In this document: one piece after another, positions 27,367 through 32,000 of the stretch
How the letters are laid out: each line of letters starts with the position of its first letter
Position numbering within the stretch: position 1 is the first letter of the stretch
Assembly (NCBI GenBank): GCA_025340205.1
Contig: CP006868.1
Span: 1,200,001-1,232,000 of the forward strand
Source of the DNA: Ignicoccus pacificus DSM 13166
GTDB lineage: Archaea; Thermoproteota; Thermoprotei_A; Sulfolobales; Ignicoccaceae
Length of the DNA stretch: 32,000 nucleotides
Direction: 5' to 3'
The notes under the pieces: model-generated
Told to the model about the DNA's origin: nothing
Databases searched by the model: none
Seen by the model: the letters and a program-made list of their open reading frames with translations, nothing else
Program-made: the position numbers and the translations under genes

Positions 27367-28138
27367 GGAGGAGTATGAATGCCATCACCTTTCTCCTCTG
27401 AGCTACTACCATGACCACGTCCCAGTCAAAGCTTCTGACAGCTCCCGGAAACTTGAACTCCTCTAACTCCTCTCCTTCCGCAGTAAAGGTTACAACCCTC
27501 TTCTTTGACCTGTCCCCAACAGCTAAGACGTCTCCTAACCACGACAGGCCGGTGACCTCAATTCCTTCCTTCCTCCAGAGCTCCTCCGTTCCATCGAACA
27601 CTGCTAGCCCTCCTGGAACGGAAGTGGCTAAGAGGGGGCCGTCCCTAACTAGGTCTACCCTTCCTACGGGAAGGAACTTCTTTCCTATGTGGATTCCTTC
27701 AGTGGTGCCGACGACGAGCTCGTTCCTCCAATCCAAGGAGAGGCCCTCTCCCTTAATCCTCTTCTTCCCCGATCTCACGAACTTCTCTCCGTCGTGTTCA
27801 TAGAAGAGGACGCTCTTAGGGGTGAGCAAGGCAAGCCTATCCTCCTTAAAGGCACAGTCTATTCCCTTAGTGCCGGTTGGGATAACTCCCGAGGGCTTTC
27901 CCCTCTTGTTCTCAAAGAGGAATACGAAATTTTCTGCGGGAAAAGCGGTCAAGGAGGGGGAGATGCAAGGTCTCCCCAGTCTCGTTCCCTTGTAGTACTT
28001 CTTGGCCAGGAGCTTGCCGTCGGCTCTGATGAGGTAAGCAGTGAAGTCGGCGCTCACCGCCACCCTCTCGTGAGAGGCCCTCACTATGGGTTCGTCGCTG
28101 GTTACCCTTCTGGTCCACGCGTGTGCCAGCTTTGTCAA
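27341..28138 (-). CDS. Hypothetical beta-propeller-like protein (265 aa)
   Basis: Repeated beta-strand pattern, e.g. LLATSVPGGLAVFDGTEELW and VLAVGDRSKKRVVTFTAEGEEL. Confidence 0.55.
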   Translation of the reverse strand: MTKLAHAWTRRVTSDEPIVRASHERVAVSADFTAYLIRADGKLLAKKYYKGTRLGRPCISPSLTAFPAENFVFLFENKRGKPSGVIPTGTKGIDCAFKEDRLALLTPKSVLFYEHDGEKFVRSGKKRIKGEGLSLDWRNELVVGTTEGIHIGKKFLPVGRVDLVRDGPLLATSVPGGLAVFDGTEELWRKEGIEVTGLSWLGDVLAVGDRSKKRVVTFTAEGEELEEFKFPGAVRSFDWDVVMVVAQRRKVMAFILLPTSDEPSQ

Positions 28139-28142
28139 TAAA

Positions 28143-28679
28143 TCACCGCCTTAGGGCCTGAATCCTCTCCACTATAAAGCGGAGGACGTCGTCCTCCGGT
28201 ACCTCCGCCTTTACCCTCACTCTCTCGTTACCCTCTCCGGCCTCCCTCAAGTGCCTCCTAATAATAGAAGCTACCAGCAGGGCCTCTGGACTCAAGGTGA
28301 AGAACTGAACGCCTCTCTCCTTTAGCATCCTGTAGGTCGGGATGAACACGGATCCCTTAATCTCTATGACCCATCTCTTGGAATCCTCCTTCTTTACGTT
28401 CACTTCCTCCGCTAATCCCAACTCCTTGAACGCCCTTCTCACAGTCTCCTCAACGTTGCTGTAATCAGCTTCTCCGAGGACTTCGTCTACGTATTTGGAC
28501 AACAACTCTCCCAACTCCGTCAACAGCATCTGTGCCATAGCGTTGGAGGCCGAGCCTAGCGTCTTAGTTATCGCTATCTGGTATGCCGCTACAATTCCGT
28601 TAACGAGGGGGGAAGGTATACAAGATTCCTTTGCCTTCATGAGAGCATCTACCTCCGCACTCCTATCACTCATACTCAT
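28143..28679 (-). CDS. Hypothetical protein (about 178 aa; start MSMSDRSAEVDAL favoured over the longer 28904 start)
   Basis: The longer ORF overlaps the ribD_C-like gene extensively, and its N-terminal part looks non-coding. The downstream Met gives a compact globular protein. Confidence 0.6.
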   Translation of the reverse strand: MSMSDRSAEVDALMKAKESCIPSPLVNGIVAAYQIAITKTLGSASNAMAQMLLTELGELLSKYVDEVLGEADYSNVEETVRRAFKELGLAEEVNVKKEDSKRWVIEIKGSVFIPTYRMLKERGVQFFTLSPEALLVASIIRRHLREAGEGNERVRVKAEVPEDDVLRFIVERIQALRR

Positions 28680-28755
28680 ACCCTTCAGTAATCTTACCCG
28701 GTTTTGAGTTAAAAATTTCGAGCATCTATTTGGGGAGGGAGATACTTCTCTGATT

Positions 28756-29412
28756 TTAGGAGATCCTCTTCCATGAGACGTGAACGCACCTTCCGCACTC
28801 ACAAAGCTCAACTCTTTCGGGTTTAAAGGAAGGAGCTTCCCTAACCTTTTCCACTCCATCACCCCAAGCGAAGGAGGGACCTCCTCCCAGGACCTTTCCC
28901 ACATAAGTTATTTCAAGTCTATCAACTACGTTGTCTTTTATCAAGCTCCAGTTCAAGTTACCTCCTCCCTCTATCATCACCCTCCTTATTCCCATAGTAT
29001 TGAGAACCTCCTTCGCCTTTCCCCAATCAATTGAGGGTCCTTCTCCAGCAACTACGACCTTAACCCCCAGCGATCTAAAGTACCGAAACTTCCAAGGGTA
29101 GTTCCTAATCCCGTGCTCCGTCGTTATTACTAAGCTTAACCACGGCACTTCCTTGAAAAGCCTCAACGTATGAGGGATCCTAAGCCTTCCGTCCACGACT
29201 CCTCTGAAGGGCTGGTGCCTACAAGGAACCCTCTTCACGAAGAGCCCCGGATCGTCCTTCATTGCCGTGTTAGCCCCGACTAATACTAGGTCGCTCCAGC
29301 ACCTCCACTCGTGAAGCCTCCTCAGATCATGCTCACATGAGAGCTCGGAGTCTCCGTAAGCGGTAGCAAGCCTTCCATCAATTGATATAGTAGAGAAGAT
29401 AACCCATTCCAT
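28756..29412 (-). CDS. RibD C-terminal-type pyrimidine reductase (probable 2,5-diamino-6-ribosylamino-4(3H)-pyrimidinone 5'-phosphate reductase)
   Basis: STISIDGRLATAYGDSELS, DLVLVGANTAMKDDP, RRVMIEGGGNLNWSLIKDNVVDRLEITYVGKVLGGG. Confidence 0.85.
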   Translation of the reverse strand: MEWVIFSTISIDGRLATAYGDSELSCEHDLRRLHEWRCWSDLVLVGANTAMKDDPGLFVKRVPCRHQPFRGVVDGRLRIPHTLRLFKEVPWLSLVITTEHGIRNYPWKFRYFRSLGVKVVVAGEGPSIDWGKAKEVLNTMGIRRVMIEGGGNLNWSLIKDNVVDRLEITYVGKVLGGGPSFAWGDGVEKVREAPSFKPERVELCECGRCVHVSWKRIS

Positions 29413-29433
29413 CTTTCACGACCAAGGATTGGC

Positions 29434-29715
29434 TCAAGCTAAAGCTTTCATTACTAGTTTGGTTAAAAATAAAAGCATCACCATTTGTATCAAAGTTTGC
29501 CTGAGCATATCCCTTTGTACGTTTAACGAGTGCATTTGTAAGAAGAAGGTAGTAGTCGCTTTTTGAAGGCAGTTGATTGCTTTAGCGAGTTCCAAGTTCG
29601 CTATACAGTTGGTAGCGCTTACTAGAAACTCATTTCTTATCTCGTATTCCCTTTCGTATGTTTCTATCACTTTCTCATTATACCATTTTAAACCGGTCTG
29701 AAGTATACTATTCAT
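29434..29715 (-). CDS. Hypothetical protein (93 aa) with C-terminal hydrophobic segment
   Basis: Preceded by ggtggtaaa-ATG, a plausible ribosome-binding site. No known motif. Confidence 0.4.
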   Translation of the reverse strand: MNSILQTGLKWYNEKVIETYEREYEIRNEFLVSATNCIANLELAKAINCLQKATTTFFLQMHSLNVQRDMLRQTLIQMVMLLFLTKLVMKALA

Positions 29716-29782
29716 TTTACCACCAAAATAGATTGTTCAGAAGCGGTTTATCGCTCAAGGGGGCGGTAATACTTGCCGATTA

Positions 29783-29808
29783 TTCGTATTGAGTGTTCGA
29801 AATACGAA
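29783..29808. promoter_or_regulatory. Perfect 8-bp inverted repeat TTCGTATT-gagtgttcga-AATACGAA
   Basis: Arms 29783-29790 and 29801-29808, in the spacer downstream of pyrE and upstream of the 93-aa ORF. Confidence 0.4.
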
Positions 29809-29864
29809 CGAGGGCTCAGATACCCCGGAGCGTCTCCCTCACCGCTCGGCGAGCATGACTCTCC

Positions 29865-30536
29865 TCACCGCCTCTTCTCGAGGACGTCGGTGAGGGTTAA
29901 GACTCTCACGAACTTGATACCTCTGTTCCTTATATCTGTCTCCGCTCCTTCCTCTCTATCAAGTAGAGCAGCTGCTAGGATCACTTGAGCTCCAGCGTCC
30001 TCCAAGGCATCTATGGACTTAAGCAAGCTGTTTCCGGTGGTGGTGACGTCGTCGATAACTACCACCTTCTGACCTGGCTCTATTCCCTCAACCAACTTCT
30101 TCTGCCCATACTCCTTCCTCTTGGGCCTTACGTATCCCATGGGCCAGCCTAGGGTAACCGAGAGGTGTGCTGCCAAGGGAATGCCTCCGGTAGCTACTCC
30201 GGCCAAGCTCGCGTAGCTCACATGCTTCTTTATTTCAGCTGCCATTAACAAAGCGGCTATCCTAGCCAGTTTGGGAAAGCTCCAGAGCTTCCTCATGTCA
30301 ACGTATATATTGCTCCTTTTACCAGAGGAGAGTATGAAGGTACCTTTCTTAACCAAACCGTATTCCCTTAACTTCCTGGCCAAGTAGTTCTTGAAGTAAC
30401 AACATCCCAAGTTAAATACTAACATAGGCTCGTTGACTGCCTCGACTAGCGCCTCGGCGTCTAATAAGGATCCGGTCCACGGAAGCTCGCTCAGCACCGC
30501 GATGTTGTAAGCTTCCATGTAGCGGTTCATGTCCAC
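29865..30536 (-). CDS. pyrE: Orotate phosphoribosyltransferase
   Basis: SGKRSNIYVDMRKL, ATGGIPLAAHL, YVRPKRKEYGQKKLVEG and PRPP motif VVVIDDVTTTGNSLLKSI. Confidence 0.93.
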   Translation of the reverse strand: MDMNRYMEAYNIAVLSELPWTGSLLDAEALVEAVNEPMLVFNLGCCYFKNYLARKLREYGLVKKGTFILSSGKRSNIYVDMRKLWSFPKLARIAALLMAAEIKKHVSYASLAGVATGGIPLAAHLSVTLGWPMGYVRPKRKEYGQKKLVEGIEPGQKVVVIDDVTTTGNSLLKSIDALEDAGAQVILAAALLDREEGAETDIRNRGIKFVRVLTLTDVLEKRR

Positions 30537-30601
30537 AGCTTGCTACCCCGCTCTCTCACCGGGATACCTTTTAATATCCCAAAAGGTTTCAACCTCGAAC
30601 C

Positions 30602-31468
30602 CTAGAACCACTCCCATCCTCTAGGCTCCAAGAGCCTCCCTCGGAAGTATACCCCTTCGCCTTCACTTACCTTTCCCGCCACGATACCTCCTATTCTTTT
30701 AGCGAACTCCTCGGCGACATCGTTTTCGATAATGAAGACTGGTAAGTACTCCTCCCCAGAGAACAAGGCGTCCTCTAGGCTTACCTCTTCAGGCTTGGGA
30801 ACGTCGAATAGGTCTATCCTAACTTTAGATGAGCTAGCTATTCTCCAAAGCGTTATGGCTAGGGAATCGCTAGAGTCGCTGGACGCGTGGATAAAATCAG
30901 CGAACTCCTCAATGACATCAACCAACTCAATCCTTATCCTAGGCCTCTTGCAGTGTTCCAAGATCTCCCCTTCAGCTTCCCCTCTCAGACATGTGCTTAC
31001 ACATCCCCAGCAACCTCTCGGGATGACTAAGGAATCCCCCACCTTGGCTCCTCCTATCGGTATCGGCTTCTTAGCCGTCCCTATAGAAAAGACGTCTATC
31101 GCGTCCTCTCCCTTGTTGCTGTCGGCTCCCATGAAGATGAGGTCGTATTCCCTTATCGCCTCCAACGCCCCTTCGCTCAGCTCCTTTATTCCCTCAATTG
31201 AATTTGAATAAACGGAGAAGGAAGAGGCTAAAGGCCTTGCTCCCTTCGCTACCAAGTCGCTTAAGGAAGCTATTACTCCCCTCCAACCCACGTCCCTCAG
31301 ATCCATGAATTCCATCTTAACATCTTTGGCTCTAAATCCGTCGACGTTGGCACAAAGGAACGAATTCGTGAGCTTCAAGCACTCGCAGTCGTCTCCTAGA
31401 CCTAAGGCCCCGGTCCTCAGTTTCATCGACTTAGCCAGCTTTACTAACTCCTCCTCGACTCTTCCCAC
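30602..31468 (-). CDS. thiL: Thiamine-monophosphate kinase-like protein (AIR synthase superfamily)
   Basis: LGLGDDCECL, NVDGF, DLRDVGWRGVIASLSDLVAKGARPLASSFSV, HASSDSSDSLAITLWRIA. Confidence 0.8.
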   Translation of the reverse strand: MGRVEEELVKLAKSMKLRTGALGLGDDCECLKLTNSFLCANVDGFRAKDVKMEFMDLRDVGWRGVIASLSDLVAKGARPLASSFSVYSNSIEGIKELSEGALEAIREYDLIFMGADSNKGEDAIDVFSIGTAKKPIPIGGAKVGDSLVIPRGCWGCVSTCLRGEAEGEILEHCKRPRIRIELVDVIEEFADFIHASSDSSDSLAITLWRIASSSKVRIDLFDVPKPEEVSLEDALFSGEEYLPVFIIENDVAEEFAKRIGGIVAGKVSEGEGVYFRGRLLEPRGWEWF

Positions 31469-31483
31469 CAGGGTCCCCGAGAG

Positions 31484-31774
31484 TTGAGGAGGGTCGCGTT
31501 TTTGTGGGAGTCTGCCTTCGGCACCGCTTACGCGGCCTTGGGCTTCGATTGTAAGGATAGGGAGGATTGTGTGGAGAGAATTAAGGAAGCAAAGGAAATA
31601 TTGAAGGAACTCGATTCTAACCCCATCCTCACTTGGAGCTCCTACTACAAGATGTTCTTCTTGGTTACTAGGTTTGCGTTCCCAAAGGAAGAAGTAGAGA
31701 GGTTCTCGGAGAAGCTCTCAGTAAGCGGCTGGGAGGTGAAGTGGGGCAAGAGGGAGGAGGTGCTGGGGGAGTAA
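31484..31774 (+). CDS. Hypothetical protein (96 aa)
   Basis: Intact ORF with plausible composition, divergent from thiL. Confidence 0.5.
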   Translation: MRRVAFLWESAFGTAYAALGFDCKDREDCVERIKEAKEILKELDSNPILTWSSYYKMFFLVTRFAFPKEEVERFSEKLSVSGWEVKWGKREEVLGE

Positions 31775-31833
31775 CCTCGCTTGGAATAACCCTAAAACTG
31801 CTCTCCGCGATTGCCGACTACATGGGGTAAGTT

Positions 31834-32000
31834 TTGATTCGAAGATATCTCTTGATTGTGTTAACACTTAGTACGCTAACCTTTGCCGTCCCTCTTAGAT
31901 CCTTAAATATGATAGGCACCTACACATTCGAGTTCTACGGGAGGGGCTTGGTCAAAATAGTCGATATAAAAGTAAATGCCAATCTTTTCAAGTTTTTCCT
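31834..32000 (+). CDS. N-terminal part of a secreted/membrane protein (3' truncated by window, TTG start)
   Basis: Reads (M)IRRYLLIVLTLSTLTFAVPLRSLNMIGTYTFEFYGRGLVKIVDIKVNANLFKFF. The beginning resembles a signal peptide. Confidence 0.5.
   Translation, partial: MIRRYLLIVLTLSTLTFAVPLRSLNMIGTYTFEFYGRGLVKIVDIKVNANLFKFF

Noticed and set aside
28680-28904. N-terminal 75 aa of the 28143..28904 ORF
   Set aside because: It overlaps the RibD_C-like gene and the extra residues look non-coding. Met at 28679 is the likelier start.
1-32000. tRNA, rRNA, CRISPR array or insertion sequence
   Set aside because: I saw no T-loop-like GGTTCRAATCC with a matching acceptor stem, no regularly spaced direct repeats and no transposase-like ORF. 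A computational scan (tRNAscan-SE, CRISPR finder) would be needed to be certain.

Overview
This 32 kb window is gene-dense, moderately GC-rich and archaeal. Gene content and order suggest Thermoproteota, Desulfurococcales/Ignicoccus-like, but this is inference without a database search. The left half holds tyrS, an aldo/keto reductase, egsA (glycerol-1-phosphate dehydrogenase) and a DNA replication island: orc1/cdc6, a small winged-helix ORF, mcm, a GINS subunit, rfcS and rfcL. Next come a VapBC-like pair with a palindrome over its start, MarC, a lone Opp/Dpp-type ATPase, an ESCRT-III/CdvB-like protein, a COG1926-type phosphoribosyltransferase, and an MNT/HEPN pair followed by a HEPN/PaREP1-like gene. 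The right half holds a giant secreted subtilase ORF, hypD, a COG1665-like nucleotidyltransferase, nadX, a COG2102/Dph6-like PP-loop ATPase, a RibD_C-type reductase, pyrE and thiL. The most unusual object is the 1357-aa ORF at 18340..22413. It reads as three exported proteins joined in frame, with a C-terminal-anchor-like segment fused directly to a signal-peptide-like segment at two internal junctions, suggesting a naturally processed polyprotein. Other points of interest are an apparent CTG start codon for the PP-loop ATPase and an Asn in place of a conserved Asp in the VapC-like PIN domain. No rRNA, tRNA, CRISPR array or transposase was seen.
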